64,000 nt of DNA. It comes from Lama glama (lineage: Eukaryota). Below are positions 1 through 13,720 of the stretch, one piece after another; within the stretch, counting starts at the first letter, position 1; each line of letters starts with the position of its first letter. The DNA is taken from assembly GCA_028534125.1 (NCBI GenBank), contig CM052818.1, forward strand, positions 39,868,001 through 39,932,000. The letters are read 5' to 3'. A program made the translations under genes and the position numbers. Below the pieces are notes generated by a model. That model did not search any database and was not told the DNA's origin. It saw only the letters and a program-made list of their open reading frames with translations.

Positions 1-94
1 CATAGATCTACAGGTGCTCAGATGTGAAAGTCACGTGTCTGCATTTGACCTTGACCACAGCACCTGGAGGCCGATAGGCAAGGCGGGTGTTATG

Positions 95-380
95 ACATTT
101 ACAAAAGGGAGGAGTGAGCTGCAGGAAGGTTTAGTGACTTGTACGATTCACACGACTCACGTGGCGAAGGTGGGACAGAACACCGGGTCTTCTGACTCAC
201 GATTCTGTACTCCTTCTCCACTGGGCGATACCACCACTGTGCCTCCTAAAAACAAACCTGACTTTTGTGATAGAACCTGCTATCATGCTTCTATTTCAGA
301 TGAACTGAGGGCGGGAAAACTTGGATAAACTTACTCAAAGTTCATTGAGTAAGTGGTGGAGGTGGGACTTGAACTCAGGA
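95..380 (-). mobile_element. Two tandem MIR SINE core fragments (~95-205 and ~280-380)
   Basis: Both resemble the antisense MIR core: 'atttcagatgaactgagg...aaacttactcaaagttca...gggacttgaactcagg' and 'ggtttagtgacttg...tcacac...gggtcttctgactc'. Confidence 0.75.
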
Positions 381-499
381 CAGAATATGTGCAAAAGCCA
401 TGCTGATAACCATCATGTAATCCAGATTACATGATGTGTAAAGGAAAGGAATTGTTCCATATGACTTTGAGGCAGAACTGACACCCGTCAGTGGAAGAT

Positions 500-715
500 A
501 GAGGGTCTTGTGCTCTGTCGCAATGGAAGGAGGAACTTTGTCACAGAGGAGTGTTGAGTAAGGAAATGACTGACTCTGTAAAACAGGGAGCACCCCATTA
601 CCGGGGGTGCCTAGGTTGTTGGACGTGCTGCAGAGTAGCATCCTGCATTGAGTAGAAAGTTGGGGTAGGTGGTTCCTGAGGATTCTTCTAGTCTTGGACT
701 TCTAAACGTCCATGA
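500..715 (+). mobile_element. CR1/L3 LINE 3' end fragment
   Basis: Ends in 'catcctgcattgagtagaaagttggggtaggtggttcctgaggattcttctagtcttggacttcta', resembling the L3/MIR3 tail. Confidence 0.55.
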
Positions 716-2917
716 AGTCAGTGCCTACCAAGGAATTTGTAACAAAAAAAAGAGTCATGTTAGAGTTCCATATAAGTATCCTGGAGCTGGGAGACAGAAA
801 AGCCATCTTTACTTTCAGGACATTCCCTTGAAGGTTTAAGGAGCTGTGATTAGTCACTTAGTTTCAGAATGCCACTGGTCCCACCGATGATACTCAATGC
901 GTCCCCTACTCCTGCTCTCTGTCTGTCCCTTTCTTCTCCCTCTGGGCCTCCATGTCAAACTCATCCAAAGTTGACACTTTTCTCCTGTTACCCACACTAA
1001 TTTTGGGGAAAGCTCCTTCAGAAAAGAATAGAAAAGAAGTAAAGTTGACTTCTTTTTGTCCTTAAGACTAGGGTACCTGAGCTATTGCTCATGTTTATGT
1101 TTGGTTTAGGATCTGATCCAAGGTGACTTTTAATCTCTGTATTGTAGGAATTTAGTTCCTAATATGTCAGCTCCATCCTGCTGAGTGTTCCATCAACACC
1201 CTTAACCCAGTTATCGGCAGAGACCTTGACCCCAGACGGGGAGTCCCAGATGGAAGCCAGGACATTGCTTCAGGACAGACTATGAAAAATGTGTGTAAGA
1301 TGGAAAAATGTGAATTATGTGTGAAGCAAACAAAAGCACCAGGCAACATGGAATTCATGTCAACAAAAAGCTTGCTGCAAGCTGTTGCTTGCTTCTAAGG
1401 GGGAAACGGACTCTGACGGCCGGGGAACAGTAGCAGGGAAGGACTTTTTGCACGAGTTGTGGAAACAAAAGAGATGACCTGTTTTGACTGTAATTGGCTT
1501 TCAAATTTTTAAGCTCTCCTTTCTGCCTGGACCCACCTCCCTCAGCATTTGTTGTGCAGCTGGGGAAGTCACTGACTATTGAGCCAGTCTGAGCCATGGG
1601 GATGGGAGTAACTGACATCTATAATATTTTGACATATTCAAGAGAAGAGAGAAAACAGTCCAAAGGGTGGGGCCTCCAGCTGACCTTCTTGTTGACTATC
1701 GACCAACTCCACGACTGGATTGCTTGGGTGAACAAGGGAATGGCCAAGTTCTCAGGAGGATTCATGCACTGGAATGTCTAGCTCACATTCCAACTAAAAT
1801 AGTATATCTAATGATATTAAACTACATAGACTTTTGGTGCCACCAACTGAAAATGGTGTAAGTACTAGTTTCCAAGCTAGCTGCAGAAATCTAAAATTAT
1901 CATTACCTCACCGAGAGATATTTCTAGGTAAGAGACAACCAATGTCCACATTTTTTAAAAGCAAATTATTTTCAGTTATTTAAAATGATTACCCTCTTCC
2001 TCTCTGGATCACTGCTGGAGACCCAGGCATCCAAGTGCCATAGACTTCTCTGTCAAATATAATAAATAACACAGTAATTATGTTCAGGGTTGGGGGGTGG
2101 CTCACGCCCCTCTAAGTTGGCTCACAGCCACCCTTGCTACCACCAGAACTGCCTTCCTAAGGTATTCTGGGAGAAAGAGCCCTGTGCAGTCCAACTGGCA
2201 AGTCTTTCACATAAATACGTCTCCCTTTACAAGGCTGATGAGATTCTGCGGCCCTTAAGCCACAGCCTCAATCCAAATCCATGACCACCACCACACACTT
2301 GCACGAATGTGGGAGGTACCACTTCTTGCTCTCACTTTTCCAAGTGGCTCCTGGGGCTCATTGCAGCCTTTTAAAGAAAGATTGAGGGAGGCGATCTGCC
2401 AGGTCTGCTTAAATGAGGCACCCGAAAATAAAATTTGCCTTGCCACCAAGAATATTCAATTGCATTCCATTCCATTTAATTCAATACATAGTCATTGAGT
2501 GTCAATTATATACGAGGTACTAAGGGCCTGCCTGTAGCCTGGGCTCATTTTAACCTCTTCTCATCTCCTTTCTAAGCCTTCATTTCTTCATGTATTATGT
2601 TGTTGTAGATGATACAATTCCCTGTAGATTCCTGTGAGCCTACATAGTGCACCTTGCCCATTGGTACATGGTGGCACACAGTAAATGCAATGTCTCGTGT
2701 CCTCCTCCCGTCTCTCCAAAATGATCAGGAACCAAAGTCCAGGAATCACTCCAGGCAGGGGCAGGAGATCTGTAGAGAGTGTCTTTGATGAAGAGTTCCT
2801 TCTCAGGACCACATTGCTACATTGAAGTGGCTGGATTATACTGCTGACTTCTGGAGGTCTGGTTGCCCCTCTACACTTCTGTTGTGACTTCCTGGCTCCT
2901 TACAGAGTTTGGCTACT

Positions 2918-2990
2918 CCTTCATTTGTTCTTCAAACATTTACTGAGCACCTGCTAATTGCCAGGGACTTTACTAAGTCTATGGGTCATG
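2918..2990 (-). mobile_element. L2 3' tail fragment
   Basis: 'tcatttgttcttcaaacatttactgagcacctgctaattgccagg' is a typical antisense L2 terminus. Confidence 0.6.
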
Positions 2991-3980
2991 AACACAGATT
3001 GGGTCACCAAAAACTGGTTATAGGTGGGATCCCTGACCACTAACAGTGTATGGTTTGTTGAGGAAGCCAGAGAAGTAAGCACATCATATCAATATTGTGT
3101 AGCAAATGCAGGAGCAGAGGTCCGTGTGGTATGGTGTGGAAGCCTGTCACTAGTGACCAACAAGTCTAAATTCTGCCACCAGACTCTGCTTGGAAAGCTG
3201 GGACTCCTGGGCTAGTTTCATCCCTGGGGCAGAGGCAGAAACTTCTTCCTCCCTTTGACTCCAGAGCAGCACCTTCTGAGCACCTGTGCCTGTGCCCAGG
3301 CTCGCCTCAGGTTTTCCCTCAGCCGGCTTTCCCTGCGGGCCACCCCACACAGCGGTGTTCCCCGGGGGTTCTGAGGAAAGCCCAGCCACTGCGGGGCCAG
3401 GAAGCACACCCATAAATAGACAGTGCTCCCAGGAAGGCTGACAAGGGAAGGAGACCAAGACCGCCCATCTCCCTGCTGTCCATCTGCTGCTCTCGCTTCC
3501 ACCCATGGGGAGACAAAACAGCAAGGTTCATGCCAAGGCGATGAGGGCAAGAAAGTCTGTGAAGCACTGGGCAGGAACTGATAACCAAAGACACTGAACA
3601 TCCATGGCCCTCTATTTCTGGCCTCTGGTGTAGAAGACGATGCTCTAAAACACCAGGCTTGGCTTTCCCTCAGGGCAGAAAATCTTCCGCATCGTCCCAG
3701 CAACATTTTCAAGAACCCAGACTTAGAAGTCGTGTGCATCCATCCAGGCTGGGGCTGAGCTGGGATCTGGGCGTACCCTGTGCGGCGTCTCTCCTGTCCA
3801 TTCCCTCCTACTGTCTCTTCCTCTGGCCCTTAACATCCCCGTTAACTTCCTGGCCCACTTTGCTCTCCCTCAGGAAGCCCTTAAAGTGGCCCCAAATCTC
3901 ATGAAAAGCCAAGCCGTTTGTTCAGCTTTCAGGATTTTCAAAGAAGCAAATATTAGCTGCTTTAATGAGGCACACATTCC

Positions 3981-4470
3981 CTTTTTTTTAGACTTTTTTT
4001 TAAGAGCAGTTTTAGGTTCACAGCAAAATCGAGGGAAATTAGAGAATTTTCCCATGTATTCCCTGTCCCCACACATACACAGCCTCCCCCATCATCAACA
4101 TCCCACACCAGAGTGGTCCATTTGTTACAACTGAGAAGCCTACATTGACACATCATAATCACCCCAAATCCATAGTCTACATTATGATTCACTCTTGGTG
4201 TTGTGCAGTCTGTGGGCTTGGACATATGTCTAATGACATGTATCCATCATCATAATATCACACAGAGTATTTTCACTGCTCTAAAAATCCTCTCGGCTCT
4301 GCCTGTTCATCCCTCTCCCTTAACCCCTGGCAAACATGAGCTTTTCACTGTCTCTGTGGTTTTGCCTTTTCCAGAATGTCATAGAATTGGAATCATACAG
4401 CATGTAGCCTTTTCAAATTGGTTTCTTTCCCTTAGTAATATGCATTTAAGGTTCCTCCAAGTCTTCATGG
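3981..4470 (-). mobile_element. Old L1 3' end (L1MC1/2-like)
   Basis: T-tract followed by 'agagcagttttaggttcacagcaaaat...cctacattgacacatcat...ttttgccttttccagaatgtcatagaattggaatcatacag'. Confidence 0.85.
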
Positions 4471-4859
4471 CACATTCAGTTTTTAAACTTTCACGCAGAC
4501 AATGTTAGATCCCAGGAGGGTGGTGTCTTCCCACTTTGAGAGACCAGGAACTCCTGAGGCGATGAGAGCACACAGATCAGGCCAGTGGGTCTGTACATTT
4601 GGGGCACTGGTGGGGAGGGCTTGGCCCAAACTCCTCAGTTTTACATCTGAGGAATCTCCCAAACCCACTCTATGCTGTGTGGAAACTGACCTCAAGAGGA
4701 GAATAAATGAAATTAATTCCTTTTAGAGGAGATTATTGAGTAATTGAAACAAAATTCTTCAGAAGGGTCCTCCTCCAGTGTCCATCATTAATAGTAATAA
4801 ACCTGGAGTAGTAATGATGGAAGCAGTCAAAGCACAGCAGTTATAATGCTAGTTTGCTT

Positions 4860-5070
4860 GTGTACTGTGTGTGCAGTTGATACAGCCCTTTAATATCTGG
4901 TTTCTGATTGGAGCCCACAAGAGTGATGGTGTAGATGCAGGAATGAGACCAACAACTCCATTTTTCAGATGAGGAGGCCACTTCTTTCTGTGGCTGTGGG
5001 ACCCAGTCAAGATTACACAGCTGGTGTGCCTGGCAGGACCCAGATTCCAGTTCAGGTCTCTGACCCCAAG
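4860..5070 (-). mobile_element. MIR SINE
   Basis: 'ccatttttcagatgaggagg...caagattacacagctgg...ccagttcaggtctctgacccc'. Confidence 0.65.
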
Positions 5071-8000
5071 CCCATTAATGTTTCTAGTGTGCAGTCGATC
5101 CAGCTCACATTTATGGAGCAACCACTGTGTGGGTAGGCCCTGGGCTGGGGCATGGGAAAGGGGACCCCTGAGGGGGATGGAACAGGCACACACAAACCCC
5201 TCAGGCACCAGGTGCCATGCCTGCAAGTCCAGTCATGGGGCTCAGAGGCAGCAGTGACCACCTCACAGTGGGTATCAGAGTGGGCTTCGAAGGAGAGGCG
5301 TCCCTTAACCTGGGCCCTGAAGACGTTTAGGCAAGCTCGTTACTACAGGGGACTCCTGCATGTGACTTTGTACGATGCCAGAAGGCTCAAATGTTCAGGT
5401 GGATGAGAAGGGGGTCACGAGAGAGCTGTGGTCACAAGGCTGCTACTCAAGTCTCATCCATGCCCCTTCTCACCTCCTTCTCGGCCTTGGCCAGCTCTGG
5501 CTCTGGCTCGAGGTGGTCTGTGCTGCAGACAAGGCACGTTTTCAGGGTCAGGGGAGGTGGCTGTGAGCTTGGTAGGGAACTGCTCCTTCCAGGGCTCTCA
5601 GCGCAGGCCTCCCAGCTGGGTTCCTCAGGAGGAGGCCATCGACCCGCTCCCGGGCCTTGCTGTGATGTCAGGAGGAGCCCAGACTCCTGAGCTGCTCACA
5701 CGGCCCCTTTCATATGGCCCTTTTCAGATGTGAAGGATGGACACAGAACAGAAATTGCTGGAAGGACTGTTTAGCAGAGGGTATAGGGGAGGAGGGGGGA
5801 CACTCCAAATTCAAAGCCAAGGCCCTCTACACTCCGCTCTGTGGCAGCTCATCAGTTTTCTCTCTTCTCACCGCATGGGAGCCCGTGTGCTCCTGCCTGG
5901 CTGTCCGCATCTGTTAGCAATGAATGAAGACAGGGTGGTGGAGGTGGGGCTGGACTGGGGGCAGGAGGAGGGTCTACTTAAACAAAATGTGTTTGCTCAC
6001 ACACATAAAACCACAGGCCTCCTGGAGGCAAGAACCCCATCCAGGCCCCCTCATTCTTGAATTTGTAATCAGGAGCATGTGATTGAAGGATTGAAGCCTT
6101 TACGTCTACCCAGAGGGCCTCCGGGTCCTCGTTTCTTACACATGAGGGGCTTGGGCAAGGAGGTTCTCAGGGCTTTCCAGTGCTGACATCCTGTGTCCAG
6201 TGGGGCAAGGGTCACCAGTCCACATGTCAGAGCCTGCCCATTTTTACGCGGGCTGGAGTGCTGTAGGACGCACGGTGTCTCTGGCCCAAGAAAAAGGAGC
6301 CTGGGTCTTCTCTGGCTCCCAAAGGGTGAAGCTTTGAAAGTGTCTACTCTGGAAAAGTGCTCCCTGCCACCTGCAGGGAAACATCTGACCTTCACCCTAG
6401 CATTGAACTCCTCCAGGGTCTGATGTCTGCTCTCCCATTATCCCCAAACTATATTATGTTTACTTGAAAACCATAACCTCCAAGGAAATAAGAGGTAAGA
6501 AAAGTGCTAGTGAGGCAAAAATACTCTTCAGTGTTACCACATCCCTCTGGAAGGCTGGACAGGTGAAGGCAGTCTGGTATACAGAAAGAAGAAAGTTTTC
6601 AACATTTTTCTTTAGCAAGTATACTCTTGGGAAATTATTGGGAGTGGGCAAGGCACTGGAGGCTCCCCTCAAGTCCCTTAAGAACAGAAAATGGGAAAAT
6701 AAAATGCCCCCCTCCTTCCTTCTGTGGGCCCCAGGAGGTAGTGTTCTGGTGTGGGCTGCGTGGCTCTCTGTCTGCCGCATCGATACAGGGCTTGTGGCTG
6801 ACCCTGAGGCCTCTCCTGGTTCCCACCAATGAAGAGAATCAAGAAACCACCTCATCTTGGACTCCCCACACTCTGATGCTCTGGGGGCCATGTCCTAAGA
6901 GATTCTAGCCAGTGCTTCTATTTTTAAGATCTTTCATTGCCTTAGATGGTCAGTAGGTGGGAGATAGGAGGAAAGAGAATGGAACAGTGTAAGAGGAGGG
7001 ACTCAGTGGGCTGGAAGTCTCCCATACTCACTTTAGACTAAGGGGCTAGGTCCTTGGGAGGGTAGATTACACTCAGGCAGGAGCTGAAACAGGGCCCAGA
7101 GCAGGAGTCCCTGAGGCAGAGGAGACTCCAGGAGAACTGTGAAGGGATGTGTCTACTTCCTGTTTCTCTTGGGCCCAGTCTTGACTGTGTGCTCTATGTA
7201 CAGCTAAAGGGTCATCTTTGGTGAGCCAGCTAGATGTCTTGTATCCCTGTTACAAAGTCTCTAAGCTTGGCCAGCACTGACCCACTATGTGGCCCTGGAA
7301 ATTAGTCTGTTGGTTTCCAGGTCTCCTGCCTATCTGTGAATTGGGAATTCCATTGCCCCGACTTCTCAGCAGCCTTGGGGATTAATGAAAGCCTTGTTCG
7401 CAAATCTCTCAGAATTCATAAAGGTTTAGATCGATAATTAACAAGAAAGAGAAAGCATAAACATTTCAAATGTATATCAACTCCCAAATCTATAACAGCC
7501 AATAAGTCTAAAAACTGAGTGGCCACAACTTCCCTCAGTGACAGGCAGCCCATGCACTTTGAAAGGTAATTCTGCAATAAGCATAAATTACCACGTGGGG
7601 AAACCTTCCATGTATGCCATGGCTATGGATTTATTAAGTGAAAATGAAACTTTTAAATAAATATCTGGAACAAGAAGTGTATTTCCCAATCTAATCGGGC
7701 CACAGAGGCAAGAGTTTTTAAAGTGCTATGTAGCCTGGACTCAGAGGATAAAGCTCAGAACATTTCCTTAGAAGTCATTTTGCTGAGTCAGCCACTGCCA
7801 CACAACTTTCCTCCCCAGCTCTTCAAGCACCTGCATCCTCCTGATATTAGCTGAGAGCAACAGGGGCACCTATGCCCCCTATGCTCTTCCCCATCCCTCA
7901 ATGAATCTGACAGATTCTGCGGCATCTTGTTTCCCTAGGAAGATCTGGATTTGGAATTTCCCCTCATATTCTCAAGCAACATTGCTTCATTCATTTGCCT

Positions 8001-8797
8001 TCCCAACGAAATGTTCCTGCCAGGTTGTCTTCCCTTGAAGGGCAGAATAGGACAGCATCACGTTTGGCTTTTGGTTAGTTTTCTTGCTACTGAAGGGTCC
8101 TTGTAAGACACCAATGGAAAACCAGATATAAAATGGAAGGAGCACATCCCCAAACTAACCAGCCCCACAAACACTTGACAGCATTTCCTGTGCAGTGGGC
8201 AGCAGCATTCAACGAGCACTGCCTGTCTCTCTAGCAGTCACTCTGGCCTTCTTTTGTAGACCTTCCCAGCTCCAGATATGGGCTCTTGGTCACATTAAAT
8301 CATTCATGGTCATTCCTACTCTTGTTGCCAGAGAAGGATGTGGGTACCCAGGCCTAAGCTAATCACCATGTGGCATTCCCTGTTGGAAGAAATGTGTTCA
8401 TAAATGGACAGGAAGTAAACATTCGAGCAATGAGATATGAGATGATATTTTTTTACGGGTCTTCAGTAAAATTTTCTTTGCTCATAAGAACAACCTCAGG
8501 AAGAGATGCTCTCTCAGTCCTGTTGGCAAGAATAAGGAAGGATTGTTATGGGTGGGTATTCAGTGAGAGCAAAAATAACCGGCCTTAGGATAAAACTGAG
8601 TCTAAGGAGAGAAGGTCAGTGATGGAAAAGGAATGGCCCTTGATGACCTCCTAGAAGGACTGGGTTAATTTATTTTCCTTTGGTTAGTTTAAGTTCTAAG
8701 ATGAGTCTTATAAGTACTATGAGTATTGGGGTATCTTGTAGATTGTTGACACTTCCAGCCTGTTCTCAGACAGAGATGTTGGAGTTGGGAACAATGT

Positions 8798-9544
8798 GGT
8801 TTTTTTTGATTTTTTGTTTTTTGTTTTTTAATTGAGTTATAGTCAGTTACAATGTTGTGTCAATTTCCAGAGTAGAGCACAATTTTTCAGTTATACATGA
8901 ACATATGTATATTCACTGTCGTATTCTTTTTCACTGTGATCTATCACAAGGTTTTGTATATATTTCCCTGTGCTATACAGTATAGTCTTATTTATCTGTT
9001 CTACATATGCCTGTCAGTATCTACAAATTTCGAACTCCCAGTCTGTCCCTTCCCACCCCTATCCTCCTGGCAACCACAGTTTGTATTCTATGTCTATGTG
9101 TCTGTTTTTGTTTTGTATTTTATGTTCTTTTTTTTTTAGATTCCACATATAAGGGATCTCATATGGTATTTTTCTTTCTCTTTCTGGCTTACTTCACTTT
9201 GGATGACATTCTTCAGGAGCATCCATGTTGCTGCAAATGGCATTATGTTGTGTTTTTTATGGCTGAATAGTATTCCATTGTATAAATATACCACATCTTC
9301 TTTATCCAGTCATCTGTCGATGGACATTTAGGCTGTCTCCATGTCTTGGCTATTGTAAATAGTGCTGCTGTGAACATTGGGGTGCAGGTGTCTTTTTGAA
9401 GTAGGGTTCCTTCTGGATATGTGCCCAGGAGCAAGATTACTGGGTCATGTAGTCTAAGTCTATTCCTAGTCTTTTGAGGAATCTTCATACTGTTTTCCAC
9501 AGTGACTGCACCAAACTGCATTCCCACCAGCAGTGTAGAAGGGC
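8798..9544 (-). mobile_element. Young 5'-truncated L1 (lineage-specific) with TSD
   Basis: T-rich tail at left, L1 3'UTR, and ORF2 C-terminal peptide (DTCTPMFTAALFTIAKTWRQPKCPSTDDWIKKMWYIYTMEYYSAIK). 19-bp TSD ttggagttgggaacaatgt (8779-8797) / ttggggttgggaacaatgt (9545-9563). Confidence 0.95.
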
Positions 9545-10479
9545 TTGGGGTTGGGAACAATGTTAATTGCACTACAAATCAGCTTTTCATATGGGAATGG
9601 AAATGAGAGGCCCAAAATCATTAGGAAAAAAAGTTGTATCCCCCAGGCAAAATTATTTTTAAACTTCTGCCTAGAATACCCCTGAACAGTTTCCTAGGAA
9701 ATACAAAAGAATTTTCTTGTAAGAGGAAGCCAATCAAAAGACTTTCATAGTGCTGAAACCTTAATGTATTTGCAAAAGTGTAAATCTTATCTGGGTTGAA
9801 ATAGATCATGGTGCAGTTTATTTTTTTTCTCATTCTGTTCTTATAATAATGGTGAGAATTGATTATCTCCTTTCTTTGCTTGGAGTAGTTACCATAATAC
9901 CAAAGATTAGAATACTTCACTGTGTCCCTTTTCTTTAAAATTTTCAAAGAAAATGCACTCTTAAAATGTCTAATTTTCAGAGTAATGGATTATTCTGAAC
10001 TCATTCCAACCCATCCAAATCTCTTGAGCAGTGCAAATATTCACAATAGACTGGGTTCTCAAGAAGGGAGCCAAATATATTGGAAGAAAACCTTTGTGGT
10101 TGTCCTATTAAAAACGTCATTACATCTGAGGGTAATGTTTATTCCTTTGCAGGCAACACAAGTGCTAAATTCTTCTTGGCCCTCCTTGATCTTCACTTGA
10201 GTGGCAGACTTGGTTTTTCCTTACCCAGTGACTGACATCGCTCTCTCTGTTAGCAATCAGTTTTTGCTTATGGCCATATCTACAGTACTCTTTGTTAAAT
10301 CATGAATGGAAACCTCTGAAGCAGGCTGTAACTTTTATTTGAGTTCAATGAATATTTTGGAGTCCTCTCTATGTGTAAGATCCAGTGCTAGGTACTCAAG
10401 GTCCAGAGTTTCTGTTATGAAGTCAGTTCTTCTTATTATTCTATTACTATTCTATTGTATTCATAACATCTTTTTTCAC

Positions 10480-11605
10480 TCAGTTATTTTAAATATTTCT
10501 TCTTTATCTTTAGTTTTATCACTTTGATATTGCTAAGTTAATTTTTTGTATGTTATTATATTTTTCTTGGAATTAGCTGAGCTTCATGTACTTGTGGATT
10601 AATATCTTTTATCTACTTCAAAAATTCTCAGCCAGTATATCCTCAAATATTTATTTTCCTTGTGTCCATTTCCTTTTATCCTGGGATTCCAGTTTTAAGG
10701 ATGTCTGACTGTTCGATACTGTCCATCAGATTTTGGGTGCTTTGATCAATGTTTTTATTATTTCTTTTCCTTTCCTCTTCCTTTTCTTTCTCTTCCACCT
10801 CTTCCTTCTCCTTATAGTATCAGTCGACTTGTCTTCAGGTTCACTGAATCTTCCTTTGCTTTCTCTTCAGTTATTAAGACCTTTAATTTAACTCTTTTCT
10901 GTATAGTAATTTTTGTGGACTCATATAATGTATAGTTTTTTTCATTTAGCATAACAAATTTGAAATTAAACTCACATTGTTGCACGTATCAGTTAGTTTA
11001 TTCATTTTTATTGCAGAATAGTATTCCATCATATAGACATACTACAATTTGTTTTCCTGTACTGGTGAAGAACATTTGGGATGTTTCCAGCTCTTGGTAA
11101 TTTTGAATAAACATTCACTTGGAGCTTTTCTGTGGAAGTAAATTTTACTTTCTCTTGAGTAAACATCTAGGAATGGTATAGCTGGGTCATATGGTATATG
11201 CAATGTTCATGTTTATAAGAAACTGATGGTGTTTTCCATGGTGGCTGTACCATTATATATTCTCACTAGCAATGAATTAGCATTATTACAAAACCTCACC
11301 AGTGCTTGATGTTGTCAGCATTTTAAGAAAATATATTATATAGACTTTCCAGCAGGTGTGTAGTTTTTTGTAGTTTAGTTTGCATTTTCTTAATGTGATA
11401 TGATGTTGAGCAACATTTCATGTGCTAGTTTTTCATCTATGTATGTTCTTTGGTGGATGAAAAATATCTTGGGGTCACAAAATTAATTAATAAGTGTTTT
11501 CTCCTTTTCTATTTTCTTGAAAAGTTTGTGTAGAATTGGCATTTCCTCCTTAAACGTTTGATAGAATTTACTGGCAAGACAATCTTGACCTCTTGACCTA
11601 GGATA

Positions 11606-11639
<34 letters not shown>

Positions 11640-13575
11640 TAGTGGGGGGGAACGTTTCTTAATGACAATTTAATTATATAATATTTATTTAATAAATATA
11701 GGACTATTCAGGTTAATCGTTTTTTCTTTGATGACTTTAGTAGTAGATATTTTTCAAGGAATCTGTCCCTTTAATATAATGTGTAGAATTCATACATATA
11801 TATAAATTATGTGTATTATTATCTTCTTACCCTTTTAATCTATAGACTCTTTAGCAATGTCTCCCTTTCATTACTGATATTGACTAATATTGGTAATTTG
11901 TCTTTTTTTTCTTGTTCTGGCTAGAGATTTTTGAATTTCACTGATTATTTTAATCAACCAGATTCTGATTTTATTGATAGTCTTCATTACTTTGCTTTTC
12001 TGATAACATTTCATTAATTTTTGCTCTCTCTCTATTTGTGTGTATGTAATTTAATAATAAGTTGTCTTTTGTGCTCTACACTTGAGTTTGAGTTTGTTTT
12101 TTCATTTAGAATCCTTGTTGAAGTAGTATTTTAAAAATTCTCACAGTGAGGGCCACAGGTGTTAAACTTTCTTTTTTTTTTTGTATATGTGTATGTGTCT
12201 TTATTTTGTTCCTGTTCCAAAGTACACTTTGAGCTGCATATAAAATTCTAGATTTGGCTATTTTCCTACAGTACTTTGCATGTAGAACCCCACCACGTTC
12301 TGCCTTCTGTCACCCCGTTGGAGAATCTGCTTTATGTCCTACTGTTAAAGCTTTGTGGTAGCCTGTATACTTTTCCCAGTTGTTTTTATTATTTGTTTCC
12401 TTACTCTTAATAATTTATGATATCTGCACATAACTATATTTTTATTACTCAGTAGTTGAAGTATATTTTTAGCCTGAAAACTCGTATCTCTCTCTAGTTC
12501 TATCAAGTTTTTAGTTCTTTCAATTTTCTTACTCTTCCATTCTCTTTATTTAAAAATACACATACAATGATTTGTTTCTAACAGGTGATTTTTAGATCTC
12601 TTGACTGATATCCCAGTTAAATTTATCTGCACTGTATTCCAATCCACTAATTCCTCATTTATTATTTCCTGTCTAGATTTTAATATTTTTTCTTCATTTT
12701 AATGACTGTTTTCATTTCCTATTCTTGTCCAATTTCTGCCAATTTTTGTTTTATATTTTTTCTTCATTTTCATAAAAATGATTTATTCATCTCTCTGATG
12801 TTCCTACACAAATTTATTTTATAATTTTTCTCAGACTGCCCTATACAATTTATTTCATCTGAAAAGAACAACTTTTCAATCTGTTAATGATTTTTGGCTA
12901 CTTTCTTTACCATAGATTTATTTGTGTATTTTAAATTTTAGTCTCAGATTGATTTCAAAATTTATTTTCCTCATCTCCCCCTCTGTGTGTATCCTTCTTA
13001 TTCTGTTGAGTTTGTAGGGCCATCTTGTAGCTCTCCTGAGCTTGCAGGCCATCCCCACAACTTCTAATAGCACTTTAGCATTGCTTCCCTCTGGCAGTTT
13101 TGTGGAAATGACGAATCCCATTAGTGGGCCAGCCAGGTGACTTGGTTCTGTTTCTGGCCTTTGTGCTCTCCTACACCCCTGTGCCCACAGTCTCCTCCAA
13201 GCAAAAATCCTAGTTAGAATCAGCAGCAGCCCCTTTCGGCCTAGTGTCATGTTGAGGAGTTCCCCTGTAGTACTTTAGATGCTCAACCTAGCTTTAATCT
13301 CCTGGACTGCATGGAGCACTTTTAGTCCATTCTGCCTCATGGAAACTGGGTTCCTGGCTACTCCTGCTCTGGTTTGGATCATGACCCAGAAGCCTTGTGG
13401 CTTCAGCTCTGCTGACTGCTTGCATTTCAGTTCTATTTCAGTCCATGGTGATGCTTGTTATGATTTTAAGCCCAACTTTGTCTTTTGGGTTTCTCTTTTT
13501 CTATGTAATTTATCATTGCTATGTATCTAAAGCTGACAGAGTACACTAGACATAAATCTAATATGTCATCTTCAC
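10480..13575 (-). mobile_element. Cluster of ancient L1/HAL1-like fragments
   Basis: T-rich block. L1M 3'-end motifs at ~10900-11460; ORF2 peptide 'KFYQTFKEEMPILHKLFKKIEKE' in ORF 11483-11668; flanking degenerate HAL1/L1-like sequence ending in 'tatgtcatcttc'. Confidence 0.7.
11608..11640. repeat. (TG)n microsatellite
   Basis: Read directly. Confidence 0.95.
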
Positions 13576-13589
13576 CTGAACTCTTCTTC

Positions 13590-13720
13590 TCAGTTTATAA
13601 GTGGAGAACTGAGGCTCAGAAACTGGAAGTGTCTTGTCTAAGGCCTTAGAGTGTGCTTATATCAGAGCCTGAGCAGATACTCAAGTCTCCAGACTCCAAG
13701 CCCTGGACCTTCTCACTGTC
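13590..13720 (-). mobile_element. MIR SINE
   Basis: 'gaactgaggctcagaaactggaagtgtcttgtctaaggcc...tcaagtctccagactccaagccc'. Confidence 0.75.

Noticed and set aside
3150..3904. Overlapping ORFs up to 173 aa
   Set aside because: GC-rich segment open in several frames on both strands, with no recognisable domain or clear exon structure; consistent with chance.
4849..6908. Many 100-143 aa ORFs
   Set aside because: Mutually overlapping, partly inside a MIR, and none resembles a known protein.
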